NCBI GenBank assembly: GCA_963833225.1
Contig: CAWHXD010000019.1
Span: 544,001-608,000 of the forward strand
From: an uncultured Chloroflexia bacterium
GTDB taxonomy: Bacteria > Chloroflexota > Limnocylindria > Limnocylindrales > CSP1-4
Length of the DNA: 64,000 nt
Direction of reading: 5' to 3'
Both the position numbers and the translations under genes were made by a program. Positions 28,970 through 39,174 of this stretch are shown here, piece by piece. Below the pieces are notes generated by a model. That model saw only the letters and a list, made by a program, of their open reading frames with translations. It made no database searches and had not been told where the DNA came from. The stretch's first letter is position 1; each line of letters opens with the position of its first letter.

Positions 28970-31165
28970 TCAGCCGGTGGTCTCCAGGGCGTTCCCCACG
29001 GCGATCGCCAGCGCCAGGCTCAGCTCGTGCTTGTCCCGATCGAGCGGGCTCGGGTGCGTCGAGAGCTTGGCCACGACCACCTGCGCCGGCCGGTGGATCA
29101 CCAGCGCCTGCCCATGGATGCCGATCCCGCCGAAGATCCCGCGGTCGGCGTCGAACACCCACCACTGGTCGTGGTAGTGCGAGGTGGGGGTTGCAACCCC
29201 TTCATAGGTGAGTGAGCCGTTGAACGCGGCCACGAGATCCGGGCGGGGCGTGCCCACGCGCTCCGTCCACGCCTGGGGCAGCACCCGCCGGCCACCGCTC
29301 ACCCCACCGTCGAGGTACAGCTGGCCGAACCGACCGAGGTCCCTGAGCGTGACGCACAGGCCACCGTCCGCGACCGGTGCGCCGCCGGCATCGACCGTCA
29401 CCAGCGCATCGTGCTCGGCGCCCATGGGCTGCCACACATGACGCGCGAACAGGGCCGAGAACCGGTCTTTCCCCGCCCGCTCAAGCACCCAGCCGAGGAC
29501 GTCGGTCAGGATCGACCGGTACTCGAAGGCGCCGCCGTGCGGACGCTGGTTGACGAGGGTCGCGATGTACGCGTACAGGTCGGGCGGCAGGTCGGGCCGT
29601 GTCCGGGGCCGCCAGCCGGATACCTGCTCGCTGATCCGGACATCGGCGTCGTCGTCCTCGTACACCTCGGAGAACCGCGTGCCGGCGCGCATGTCGAGCA
29701 GGTCCTGCACCGTGCACCCTTCGAACGCGCCCCCGCGCAGCTCGGGCACGTAGCTGGTGACCGCGGCCTCCGTGGACAACAGCCCAGCACCGATCAGCGC
29801 ACCTGCCAGGCCCGACGTGAGCGACTTCGAGACCGACTGGAGGAGGTGCGGCCGGTCCTGGGTGAGATGGCCGCCGTACCGCTCGACGGCGATCCGCCCT
29901 CGGTGCAGGACGAGGAAGCCGTCGGTCTCGGTCTGCTCGAGGATGTCGTCCATGCGATGCACGGCCCCCTGGACCACCACCTCCAGCCCGGACAGGTCGC
30001 GCATCGCACGTGGCAGAGCCGACGGCTCGGCCGGGGCGGTGATCGGGTCGACGCGCAGGAAGCGCTCGACGTTGGCATACGACCAGCGGAGGCTGGCCGA
30101 CTCCTGCCACTCCTGGGCCGTGATGGCCGGCTGGGCAGTCGAGCCGAAGTCCGCGACGAGCTCCGGCCAGTGGCAGGCTGACCGGGTCGCGCCGGCGACG
30201 ACGGGCGGTGCCACAGATGCGCAGCGCGCCGGATCCGGCGTGTGCTCGCGCAGCCAGCAGCGGGGGTGGAACGCACAGCCTGTGGGCGGCTCCGCGGCGC
30301 TCGGTGGGTCGCCACGGACAACGGCCGGCGACGGCTCGCCCGCGGCGCCGGGCGCAGCCGCGAGCAGGGCCCGCGTGTATGGGTGCCGGGCGTCGCCGAA
30401 CACTGACCCCGCGTCGGCCAGCTCGACGAGGCGTCCGAGGTACATCACCGACACCCGGTCGCTGAGATGGCGGACCACGCCCAGGTCGTGCGAGATCAGC
30501 AGGTACGTCAGGCCGTGCCGCTCCCGGAGCTCGAGCAGGAGGTTGAGGATCTGCGCCTGGACCGAGACGTCGAGCGCCGAGGTCGGCTCGTCGAGGACGA
30601 GGAGCCGAGGGCGGAGCGCGAGGGCACGGGCGATGGCCACCCGCTGGCACTGGCCGCCGGACAGCTCGTGCGGGCGCCGGTCAAGGTGGCGCCGGTCGAG
30701 CCCGACGCCGTCGAGCAGCTCGACCACGGTCGCCTCCACGGTCCCGCGCCCGGGTCGGAGGTGCGTCCGGATCGGCTCCGCCACGAGGTCGAGCACGCTC
30801 AGCCGCGGATCCAGCGATCCCTGGGGGTCCTGGAACACGAGCTGCATCTCGCGGCGCAACGCGCGCAACTGGTTGCCTCGCAGGGCCAGGACATCCTGGC
30901 CGCCGATCTCGATCTGCCCGGCCGTCGGCTCGACCAGCCGGAGCAGGCAGCGGGCGAGCGTCGTCTTGCCGGAGCCGGACTCGCCCACGAGGGCATGGAT
31001 CTCGCCCGACCGGATGTCGAGGTCGACCCCGGCGACCGCGCGGACGGTTCGCCCATCGGCCCGGTACGTCTTCTCGAGTCCTCGCACGCGGACGAGGACC
31101 CCGTCGTCGAGCGGAGCGGGCGTGGCGGCGGGCGGTGCGTCGCCGACGAGGACGGTGGGGGTCAC
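28970..31165 (-). CDS. Fusion: oligopeptide ABC ATPase (OppF-like) + serine hydrolase (NylB/class C beta-lactamase family)
   Basis: GESGSGKTT, LSGGQCQR, LDEPTSALD, HPYT, CAFHPRC...ACH followed in frame by SVSK (SxxK), YRS and GIHGQ. Confidence 0.85.
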   Translation of the reverse strand: MTPTVLVGDAPPAATPAPLDDGVLVRVRGLEKTYRADGRTVRAVAGVDLDIRSGEIHALVGESGSGKTTLARCLLRLVEPTAGQIEIGGQDVLALRGNQLRALRREMQLVFQDPQGSLDPRLSVLDLVAEPIRTHLRPGRGTVEATVVELLDGVGLDRRHLDRRPHELSGGQCQRVAIARALALRPRLLVLDEPTSALDVSVQAQILNLLLELRERHGLTYLLISHDLGVVRHLSDRVSVMYLGRLVELADAGSVFGDARHPYTRALLAAAPGAAGEPSPAVVRGDPPSAAEPPTGCAFHPRCWLREHTPDPARCASVAPPVVAGATRSACHWPELVADFGSTAQPAITAQEWQESASLRWSYANVERFLRVDPITAPAEPSALPRAMRDLSGLEVVVQGAVHRMDDILEQTETDGFLVLHRGRIAVERYGGHLTQDRPHLLQSVSKSLTSGLAGALIGAGLLSTEAAVTSYVPELRGGAFEGCTVQDLLDMRAGTRFSEVYEDDDADVRISEQVSGWRPRTRPDLPPDLYAYIATLVNQRPHGGAFEYRSILTDVLGWVLERAGKDRFSALFARHVWQPMGAEHDALVTVDAGGAPVADGGLCVTLRDLGRFGQLYLDGGVSGGRRVLPQAWTERVGTPRPDLVAAFNGSLTYEGVATPTSHYHDQWWVFDADRGIFGGIGIHGQALVIHRPAQVVVAKLSTHPSPLDRDKHELSLALAIAVGNALETTG

Positions 31166-32145
31166 GAGGCGGCTCCCGGTTCCACGAGGTGGCAGGCGAC
31201 GTCGTGGCCCGACGCGGCGGCTCTCGGTGTCGGCCGCTCCTCGCGGCAGCGGTCGAACACGAGCGGACAGCGGTCCGCGAACGCGCACCCGACGATCAGG
31301 CCGGGGTCAGCCGGGACGGAGCCGGGAATGGCGACGAGCGAGCGCCGTCCGGTTGCCGCCGGATCCGGGACAGCGCCCATGAGGCCCCGCGTGTACGGGT
31401 GCTCCGGCCGCTCGAACAGGGTGGTCGTCGGCGCGGTCTCCACGACCCGGCCCGCGTACAGCACGGCGACCCGGTCGCTGACGCTCCGGATGACGCCCAG
31501 GTCGTGGGTGATGAACAGGACGCTGAAGCCTCGGGACTCCTGGAGGCTGCGGATCAGGCGCAGGATCTGCGCCTCGATCGTGACGTCGAGCGCCGTGGTC
31601 GGCTCATCCGCGATCAGGAGGCGTGGCCGGCACAGCAGGGCGCTCGCGATCATCGCCCGCTGGAGCATCCCGCCCGAGAGCTGGTGTGGATACGACCTGA
31701 GCACCCGGTCCGCCTCCGGGAGCCCGACCTCCGCGAGTGTCTCGCGGATGCGCGTGGTGGCATCCCGTTTCGAGAGGGACTCGTGGGCGCCGAGCGTCGC
31801 CCGCATCTGCCAGCCGATCGAGAACACGGGGTTGAACGCCGAGGCCGGGTTCTGGAACACCATGCCCACGCCCGCGCCGCGAACGTGGCGGAGGGCTCGC
31901 TCCGGCAGGCCCAGCAGCTCCTCGCCATCGAGCCGGATCGACCCGGAGGACACCCTCGCTGTGGGCGGCAGCAGCCCCAGGATCGAGAGACCGGTGAGCG
32001 TCTTGCCGCAGCCCGTCTCGCCGACCACGCCCAGGATCTCGCCACGGGTGACCTCCAGGCTGACGCCGTCCAGCCCCGTCGTCGTCCCATCGGGGGTGAC
32101 GAACCGGACGCCGAGGTCCCTGACCTCGAGCAGCGGCGTGCTCAT
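31162..32145 (-). CDS. Oligopeptide ABC ATPase (OppD-like)
   Basis: GETGCGKT, YPHQLSGGMLQR, ADEPTTALD, HPYT, CAFADRC. Confidence 0.92.
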   Translation of the reverse strand: MSTPLLEVRDLGVRFVTPDGTTTGLDGVSLEVTRGEILGVVGETGCGKTLTGLSILGLLPPTARVSSGSIRLDGEELLGLPERALRHVRGAGVGMVFQNPASAFNPVFSIGWQMRATLGAHESLSKRDATTRIRETLAEVGLPEADRVLRSYPHQLSGGMLQRAMIASALLCRPRLLIADEPTTALDVTIEAQILRLIRSLQESRGFSVLFITHDLGVIRSVSDRVAVLYAGRVVETAPTTTLFERPEHPYTRGLMGAVPDPAATGRRSLVAIPGSVPADPGLIVGCAFADRCPLVFDRCREERPTPRAAASGHDVACHLVEPGAAS

Positions 32146-33032
32146 CGCGTGCCCCGTGGGTCGAGCAGGTCGAGGAGCAGGTCCCCGACCAGGTTGAAGG
32201 CGAGCACCGCCACGAAGATCGCGAGACCCGGGAAGGCGGACAGCCACCACTGGTCGAGGATGAACGTCCGGCCCTCCGCCACCATCAGGCCCCAGTCGGG
32301 GGTGGGCGGCGAGGCTCCGAGGCCCAGGAACGCGAGCGAGCCCGCGGCCAGGATGACCGTCCCGACGTCGATCGTGGCCTGGACCAGGAGCGGCGCCAGC
32401 GAGTTGGGGATGATGTGCCGCCCGAGGATGGTGAGGTCCCGAACGCCGATGGAGCGCGCCGCCTCCACGAACGGGCGCTCACGCAGGGAGGCCGCGGTGC
32501 CGCGGGCGAGACGGGCGTACCACGGCCACCAGGAGATCGCGAGCGCCATTGCCGCGTGGTCGAGACCCGGACCCAGTGCCGCCACGATGGCCATCGCGAG
32601 CAGCAGCGGGGGAAATGCGAGGAACAGGTCCGTGAGGCGCATGATCGCGGCATCGATCCGGCCGCGTCGGTAGCCCGCCAGGGCCCCGAGCGGGATGCCG
32701 ATCAGCATCGCGAGCCCGACGACGACGAGCGAGACCGCCAGCGCCGAACGAGCCCCGATGATCACGCGGCTGAGCATGTCGCGCCCAAGGCCGTCGGTGC
32801 CGAACCAGTGGCTGGCGCTCGGTGCGAGCATCCGCTCGGGGACGTTGCTCGCTCCCTCGCCCTGGTCCGGATAGGGCGCGATCCACGGACCCAGCACGGC
32901 GAACACGACCAGCAGGGTGATGACCGCGACGCCGAACATTGCGAGGGGGTCCCGTCGCAGCGCCCGCCGGAACCGGCGCCAGAGGCCGGCGCGGGGCACC
33001 ATCGCTGTGGGACGGAGGACCTCGACCGCCAT
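32142..33032 (-). CDS. Peptide ABC permease (OppC/DppC-like)
   Basis: HWFGTDGLGRD, FVEAARSIG, HIIPN, FLGLG..PPTPDWG. Confidence 0.92.
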   Translation of the reverse strand: MAVEVLRPTAMVPRAGLWRRFRRALRRDPLAMFGVAVITLLVVFAVLGPWIAPYPDQGEGASNVPERMLAPSASHWFGTDGLGRDMLSRVIIGARSALAVSLVVVGLAMLIGIPLGALAGYRRGRIDAAIMRLTDLFLAFPPLLLAMAIVAALGPGLDHAAMALAISWWPWYARLARGTAASLRERPFVEAARSIGVRDLTILGRHIIPNSLAPLLVQATIDVGTVILAAGSLAFLGLGASPPTPDWGLMVAEGRTFILDQWWLSAFPGLAIFVAVLAFNLVGDLLLDLLDPRGTR

Positions 33033-34048
33033 CAGGCCAGCCTCGTCCGCGGGTCCAGCCACGCCTGTACGAGGTCCACGGCGAGGTTGATGACGACATA
33101 CCCCACCGCCCCGAACAGGGTGATCCCCATGACCACCGGGTAGTCGAGGTTGAGCAGGCCCTTGACGGCGAACGTGCCCAGGCCCGGCCAATTGAACACG
33201 ACCTCGACGAAGAACGTCCCCGTAAGCGCGTACGCGAGCGTGAGGCCCACGACCGTGACCACCGGGATGAGCGCGTTCTTGAGCGCCAGCCGGTAGGTGA
33301 TCAGCCGCTCGCTGATCCCGGCCGCGCGCGCCGCGCGCACGTAGTCCTGGCCGAGGGCTTCGAGCATGGACGCTCGCGTCATCCGGGCGATCAGCCCGAT
33401 CGGGTACGCGGCCAGCGTGAGGGCAGGCAGCACGAGATGCCAGGCCACGTCCGAGAAGGCCGCCCAGTTGCCCGACACGACGGTGTCGAACAGGTAGAAG
33501 CCGGTCAGTTCCGTGATCGGGGACACGAACCGGAGGTCCGCGTCGACCCGACCCGTGAGCGGCAGCAGGTGGAGGTCTCGGAAGAACAGGACCTGGAGCA
33601 GCAGGCCGAGCCAGAACGCCGGCAGCGAGACGCCCACGATCGAGACGATCCGCACCACGAGGTCGGGCGGGCGCCGGCGCCAGCGGGCGGACAGGATGCC
33701 CAGCAGGACGCCCGCCGGGATTGCGATGACCATTGCCGCGACGATCAGCTCCAGGGTCGCTGGCAGCCGGCCGAGGATCTCCTCGAGGACCGGGCGTTTG
33801 GTCCCGATGGACGTGCCCCAGTCGCCGGTCAGCATGTCGCGCATGTACGTCAGGTACTGGATCGGGACGGGCTGGTTGAGGCCGAGCTGCTCGGTCACCC
33901 GGGCGATGTCCTCGGGCCGCGCCTTGGGGCCGATGTACACCGCAGCCGGGTTGGACGGGACCAGGCGCGCGAGCGCGAAGGTGATGATCGACAGTCCGAG
34001 CAGGACGGCAGCGGAGCCGGCGAGGCGGCGCGCGATGAACGAGATCAC
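33032..34048 (-). CDS. Peptide ABC permease (OppB/DppB-like)
   Basis: GDWGTS, RLPATLEL, PAFW, DYVRAARAAG, EVVFNWPGLG, LDPR. Confidence 0.92.
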   Translation of the reverse strand: MISFIARRLAGSAAVLLGLSIITFALARLVPSNPAAVYIGPKARPEDIARVTEQLGLNQPVPIQYLTYMRDMLTGDWGTSIGTKRPVLEEILGRLPATLELIVAAMVIAIPAGVLLGILSARWRRRPPDLVVRIVSIVGVSLPAFWLGLLLQVLFFRDLHLLPLTGRVDADLRFVSPITELTGFYLFDTVVSGNWAAFSDVAWHLVLPALTLAAYPIGLIARMTRASMLEALGQDYVRAARAAGISERLITYRLALKNALIPVVTVVGLTLAYALTGTFFVEVVFNWPGLGTFAVKGLLNLDYPVVMGITLFGAVGYVVINLAVDLVQAWLDPRTRLA

Positions 34049-34124
34049 GGCGGCGTCAGGGGGCCAGTGAGGGGGCGGGCACCCGGTCGAGGGACTCGCC
34101 CCGGGCGCCCGTTTGCGGTCCGGC

Positions 34125-35792
34125 TCAGCCGGCCGGGTACATCGGGTAGAAGAACTGGGCGAACGGGTAGTTGAGGTTGTACTCGAACCCGCCGACCCGG
34201 TTCGGGATCGCCGTCACGAAGCGGGTGTCGTAGAAGAACAGGCCCGGCGCCTGGTCGACGAGCACCTGCATGGCCTCGGTGTACTTCGCCTGGGCCTGGT
34301 CTCGCTGCGTCGCGGTGAGGCCGATGGCCTCGTCGACGAGGGAGTCGAACTGGGTGTTCTTCCAGTACGAGAGGTTGAAGAACGGATTCTCGCTGCTGTG
34401 GAACATCGACCACAGGTTATCCGAGCCGGCATCGCTGTAGGTCGGCCAGTAGAGCAGCAGGAACATGTCCTGGCGATCCTTGGGGTCGCCCTTGGCCTGC
34501 TCCCACTGCTGGTTGAACGCGATTGGTGTGATGGTGACGTCGATGCCCAGCGACCCATAGGCTTCCTGGATGAGGGGCGCGAACCGGGCCTCGTTCTGAT
34601 TCTCGGCAGCGTAGGTGAGGTTGAGCTTGAAGCCGCCGTTCTCGTACCCGGCATCCTTGAGCAGGGCCTTCGCCTTCTCGAGATCCTGCGTGTACTGAGG
34701 CACCTCCGCGGACCACGGGAACACGCCCTCCGGAACGGGACCGCGCGACTGCGTGCCGTACCCCTGGGCACCCACGGTGATGATGTCCGCATACGGGATG
34801 GCGTAGGACAGCGCCTGGCGGACCTTCACGTCGTCGAGCGGCTTGCGCGCCGTGTTGAAGAAGCCCACGTAGTTGAAGAAGGACGGCTGGTTGACGAAGG
34901 TGAAGTCGGGGTTGTCCTGGTAGGCGGCGACGTTCTCGAGCGGCAGTGACAGGGCGAGGTCGACCTCACCGCCATCGAGCATCTGCTGCTGGACCGCGGC
35001 CTCGGGCGTGATCGACACCAGCACCTTGTCGTAGTGCGGACCGTTCCAGCCGCCCCAGTAGCCGTCGTATTTCGTGAGCAGCACCTCCTTGTCGGGGGTG
35101 TACGACTCGAGGGTGTACGGGCCGGTGCCCGCCTCGATGCCCTGCTCGAAGTAGGTGTCGTCCGCCGCCGCTGCGGCCAGGGCCTTGGGGCTGACGATCC
35201 AGGCGCCATACAGCGACGAGGCGACGAGGTCCATCGGTGCGGCGTACGTGAGATTGAGCGCCACGGTGGAGGCATCGACAGCCGTGATCGAGTCCAGCGC
35301 GCCCCAGATGAAGGACGCGCCCCCGCGGCTGGCGGCGGCCTCGATTGACTGCTTCACGGCGTCTGCGGTGAGCGGCTCGCCATCGTGGAAGGTCACGCCA
35401 TCGCGCAGCTTGAAGGTCCACGTCAGGCCGTCCGGGCTGGCTTCCCATGAGGTGGCCAGGACGGGCGTGAACGGCTCGGCGGCGCCGGGCGGGTTGACCC
35501 GGAGCAAGGGCTCGTAGAGATTGGCCAGGTAGAGGGCCTCGGTGGAGAACGACTTCACCGGATCCCAGGTGGTGATGTTGGCGGTGGCGGCGACCTTGAG
35601 CACGGCGGGGCCCGCCGTGGTCGGCTCGGGCGTCGCCGGGGCAGCGGTGGAATCCGCAGAAGCCGCGGGGGCGCTGGCCGGTGCCTGGGTGGCGGCGCTC
35701 GAGCTGCAGGCGCCAACGAGCAGGGCGCCTGTGGCCATGAGTGCCAGGAGCCGTCGGGCTCCGGTGCGTCGCATGGACGGATCCGCGTGCAT
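34125..35792 (-). CDS. Peptide ABC substrate-binding lipoprotein (family 5)
   Basis: Lipobox LVGAC; LATSWE..DGLTWTFKLRDGVTFHDG, GTGPY, VRQALSYAI. Confidence 0.92.
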   Translation of the reverse strand: MHADPSMRRTGARRLLALMATGALLVGACSSSAATQAPASAPAASADSTAAPATPEPTTAGPAVLKVAATANITTWDPVKSFSTEALYLANLYEPLLRVNPPGAAEPFTPVLATSWEASPDGLTWTFKLRDGVTFHDGEPLTADAVKQSIEAAASRGGASFIWGALDSITAVDASTVALNLTYAAPMDLVASSLYGAWIVSPKALAAAAADDTYFEQGIEAGTGPYTLESYTPDKEVLLTKYDGYWGGWNGPHYDKVLVSITPEAAVQQQMLDGGEVDLALSLPLENVAAYQDNPDFTFVNQPSFFNYVGFFNTARKPLDDVKVRQALSYAIPYADIITVGAQGYGTQSRGPVPEGVFPWSAEVPQYTQDLEKAKALLKDAGYENGGFKLNLTYAAENQNEARFAPLIQEAYGSLGIDVTITPIAFNQQWEQAKGDPKDRQDMFLLLYWPTYSDAGSDNLWSMFHSSENPFFNLSYWKNTQFDSLVDEAIGLTATQRDQAQAKYTEAMQVLVDQAPGLFFYDTRFVTAIPNRVGGFEYNLNYPFAQFFYPMYPAG

Positions 35793-35904
35793 GGGTGTCC
35801 CTCGATCCGGCTGTTCAGGGGGCTCACGACCGCGGCCCTCTTCCCGATGGTTCCGCAGTGTTGCCACATCGGGCGTCGGCGTCCAATACTTCGTTGGTCA
35901 CAGC

Positions 35905-35923
35905 CCATGCCCGAGAGGCATGG
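35905..35923. promoter_or_regulatory. Putative LysR-type operator (T-N11-A dyad)
   Basis: CCATGCC-CGAGA-GGCATGG inverted repeat between the divergent SBP and LysR genes. Confidence 0.6.
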
Positions 35924-35939
35924 CCTTTGGGGAACACCC

Positions 35940-36932
35940 TTGGAAGTCAGGACGCTCCGCTACTTCCTTGCCGTGGTCGACGAGACGTCGCTCACGCGGG
36001 CCGCCGCGGTCGTCCGGGTCGCGCAGCCGTCGCTGTCGCGCCAGATCCGGGGACTTGAGCTGTCGCTTGGACAGAGCCTGTTCGATCGCTCGGACGGGCG
36101 CCTCCGGTTGACACCCGCTGGCCGCCAGTTCGTCCCGCTCGCGCGGGATCTCGTGGCCCGCGCCGATGCCGCCGAGGCGGCCATGCGAGACCTCGAGGCG
36201 GCGCGGGTGACGAACCTGAGCGTCGTGGCACCACACGTCACGATCGTGGATGTCATCGCGCCATATCTCGCGACCTTGGGCACGGAGGCACTGAAGGTCT
36301 CCGTCCGCGACGCCCCGTCGCTCACGGTGTTCCGGATCCTCCGCTCAGGGGATGCCGACCTGGGCGTCTCCGTCGGGCCGCCGCCGGGCGAGCTGGAGTC
36401 GCTGCCGGTGGCCAGGTTCTCGATCACGGCCCAGGTTCCGCCGGATCACCGGTGGGCGCGGCGCACCGACGTGACCCTGCTGGAGCTGACGCGCGAGCCG
36501 CTGGCGCTGCTCACGACCGAGCACGGGACGCGACGGGTGTTCGACCAGGCCGTGGCGGCGGCCGGCCTCTCGTATCACGCCGTTGGTGAGTCGAACCTGT
36601 CTGCCGTGGCCCAGACGCTCGCGGCCGGCGGCTCGGGCATCGCCATCGTCTCCGACGATGCGCGGTATGGGCTGCATCCGCTGACCATCGATGCGGGTGG
36701 GGCCGTCCTCGCGATCCCGATCGTGGCCGCCTGGGAGGGATCGCACTTCGCGGCGCCGATGATCGAGGCCTGGGCGAAGGGCCTGGCGGGGTACACGCTC
36801 GCACACTACGGTCCGGACATGGCGGGCGGGCTGGACGCCCCGACCGTGGTCAGGCACCCGCCGCCCCGCGACGGGCGAGCGAGCCGCGGCCGGACGCGGG
36901 CCGCCGGTCAGCCTAGAATCCCCCGGCCATGA
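35940..36932 (+). CDS. LysR family transcriptional regulator
   Basis: LRYFLAV...SLTRAA...AQPSLSRQIRGLE..LG..LFDR...LTPAG; start uncertain. Confidence 0.92.
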   Translation: MEVRTLRYFLAVVDETSLTRAAAVVRVAQPSLSRQIRGLELSLGQSLFDRSDGRLRLTPAGRQFVPLARDLVARADAAEAAMRDLEAARVTNLSVVAPHVTIVDVIAPYLATLGTEALKVSVRDAPSLTVFRILRSGDADLGVSVGPPPGELESLPVARFSITAQVPPDHRWARRTDVTLLELTREPLALLTTEHGTRRVFDQAVAAAGLSYHAVGESNLSAVAQTLAAGGSGIAIVSDDARYGLHPLTIDAGGAVLAIPIVAAWEGSHFAAPMIEAWAKGLAGYTLAHYGPDMAGGLDAPTVVRHPPPRDGRASRGRTRAAGQPRIPRP

Positions 36933-37609
36933 CCACCCTCCGCCGATCCCTGTCCGAGACCGCCAGCCGTGCCATCGCCGCACGGACCGAGGTCCTGTTC
37001 CGTGCCAGCGGTGCCCTTCGCGAGGGGCACTTCACGCTCAAGAGCGGTCGCCACTCCGACGCGTACGTGGAGAAGTTCCAGGTGCTCCAGGACCCGGCCG
37101 CGACCAGCGAGCTGTGCGCCTTCTTCGCGGCCATCCACACGCGGCGCGACGGCACGGCGTCGGTCGACCTCGTGGCCGGCCCAACCACCGGGGGCGTGAT
37201 CCTGGCCTTTGAGACCGGCCGCCAGCTGGGGACGCGCGCGATCTTCGCGGAGGAGGTTGCCGCTGATGCCGGCCCACGTCGCGAGTTCCGGCGCGGCTTC
37301 GAGATCCGGCCCGGCGAGAAGGTCCTGCTGGTGGACGACATCCTCACGACCGGCGGGTCGCTGCTGGCGATGATCCCGGCGGTCGAGGCGCTTGGCGGGG
37401 AGATCGTCGAGTGCGTGGTCCTCGTGGATCGCTCGGGGGGCCTGTCCACGCTCACCTCGCCGGCGAGCGGCCGGGTGTACCCGCTGCGGGCCCTGTGGCG
37501 TCTCGAGCTGCCGACGTACGAGGCGGGTGTGGCGACCTGCCCGAGGTGCGCGGCCGGCGAGCCCGCGGTCAAGCCCGGCAGCAGCGGGACGGGAATGGCC
37601 CCGGCGTGA
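36929..37609 (+). CDS. pyrE: Orotate phosphoribosyltransferase
   Basis: GHFTLKSGRHS, GPTTGG, LLVDDILTTGGS, VDRS, CPRC. Confidence 0.92.
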   Translation: MTTLRRSLSETASRAIAARTEVLFRASGALREGHFTLKSGRHSDAYVEKFQVLQDPAATSELCAFFAAIHTRRDGTASVDLVAGPTTGGVILAFETGRQLGTRAIFAEEVAADAGPRREFRRGFEIRPGEKVLLVDDILTTGGSLLAMIPAVEALGGEIVECVVLVDRSGGLSTLTSPASGRVYPLRALWRLELPTYEAGVATCPRCAAGEPAVKPGSSGTGMAPA

Positions 37610-38011
37610 CGGCACCCTGGGCGCGGGTGGAGTGGCGGCTCCCGGCCCGTTGCCCTTGCCGTGCTGGCGGTCGTGCTCGCGGCCTGCGGGGGTACCACCG
37701 ATCCGACGCCGGGCCCCGTCGGCAGCGCCTCGCTGGGACCCGCGCTGAGTGGCAGCCCGGTCACGGTGGTCTCGCCGGTCGTGGGGCAGCTCGTCAAGCT
37801 CGACTCGGCGGGGCTCACGAAGGTAACGGGGTTCCGGCTTCGTACCGACGACGGGAAGGAACTGGACTTCCGGATCGGGATCCTGGACAACGGGGCGGCG
37901 TTCCCGCCGGGGCACCTCGCCGAGCACATGGCGCTCGGGACCCCAGTCCGGGTGTTCTTCCGGGACGAGGGCGGGGCGCGCGTGGTCTATCGCCTGGAGG
38001 ATGCCGGGTAG
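37606..38011 (+). CDS. Small lipoprotein, beta-rich with H-x3-H-M motif; possible frameshift near 37645
   Basis: Lipobox VLAAC; GHLAEHM; GTG overlapping the pyrE stop is out of frame with the body, so the start may be 37661. Confidence 0.6.
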
Positions 38012-38061
38012 GCGCTGCGCAGGACGGAGTGGGCCGGGGGCCGGCCCGGTCCGCGAGGCTG

Positions 38062-39027
38062 CTACGTGCCGGAGATCTGGGCGAACACGTCCTGGAGCTC
38101 GGCGTCGGTCACGATGCCCTCGTACGATCCCCGCACAATGCCCGTCCCGTCCACGGCGAACACCCACGGCTCGGACAGGATCTGCCATTGCTCGACGGCC
38201 AGGACCGGCTGGAGCTGGTTGTCCGCGTCCAGGATCGGCTGCAGCCGGCCTTCCTTGAACTCCATCTTGTACGGCTCGACGTTGATGAACGCGATGTCGT
38301 CGGGCGCCGTCGCCGCCACCTGCTTGATGTGATCGAGGGTTGGGCCGCATTGGGCGCTCTGGCAGAACGCCGGGGTCGCGAACACGAGGATGAACGGACG
38401 CCCCTCCGCGATCGCGTCCGCGACGGACAGCTCGTAGAACTTCGGGTCCGGGTTGGTGTCGGTGCTGATCTGCGCCAGGTCGCCCCCGACATCGGCGGCC
38501 GTGGGCGTCACAGACGCGGGCGCCGGCTGGCCGATACCGACCGTGGGCAGGTGGTCCTGGACATCGAACGAGACCCCGATCGACTCCTGGGGCGAGGCAG
38601 GAGACTGCGTGATGAAGATCGCCTTCCAGGCGCCGGCGGTCGGGAACTCCGTGTGCGCGATGTATTCGCCACGGCTGCCCTCGATGGCCCACACGAACTC
38701 CGCGGGCACCGGGGTCCCGGGCTCGGTCTCACCCGGGGCGACGAACGCGACCTGGGCGGTGCGATCGGGTGAGCCTGCGGGAAGGTTGCCGGCCGCGTCG
38801 AGGAACGAGAAGACGAAGCGCGCTGGCCCCTGCTGCAGCTGGCCGATGATCACCGGGATGACCGATGGCCCTGCCGACGAGGCCTCCGGGGAGGCACCGG
38901 TCTGGCCCGAGCCCGCGGGCGCCGCGGGCGTCGACGAGCCGGGTGTCCCGCCGCGCGACACGCACGCGGCGACGAGCGCCGCCGTGAGCACCCCGACGAG
39001 CAACAGCGAGAGGAGACGGGTCACCAT
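38062..39027 (-). CDS. Lipoprotein with C-terminal thioredoxin-like domain (C-x4-C)
   Basis: Lipobox LVAAC; LVFATPAFCQSAQCGP, FINVEPY, SEPWVFAVDGTG. Confidence 0.7.
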   Translation of the reverse strand: MVTRLLSLLLVGVLTAALVAACVSRGGTPGSSTPAAPAGSGQTGASPEASSAGPSVIPVIIGQLQQGPARFVFSFLDAAGNLPAGSPDRTAQVAFVAPGETEPGTPVPAEFVWAIEGSRGEYIAHTEFPTAGAWKAIFITQSPASPQESIGVSFDVQDHLPTVGIGQPAPASVTPTAADVGGDLAQISTDTNPDPKFYELSVADAIAEGRPFILVFATPAFCQSAQCGPTLDHIKQVAATAPDDIAFINVEPYKMEFKEGRLQPILDADNQLQPVLAVEQWQILSEPWVFAVDGTGIVRGSYEGIVTDAELQDVFAQISGT

Positions 39028-39174
39028 CGAGCCAAAGCGTAGCCCCACCTCTCGGAGCGCGCAGGAATGCCCTCCGCGTCCCACGGGTGACCGCGGGTAG
39101 AATGCTGGCCTGCGTTCCCGGCCCGGTGCCGAGCGCCCCTGGTTCGCCCACCTCGAAGGACCTTCGAACCGCCC

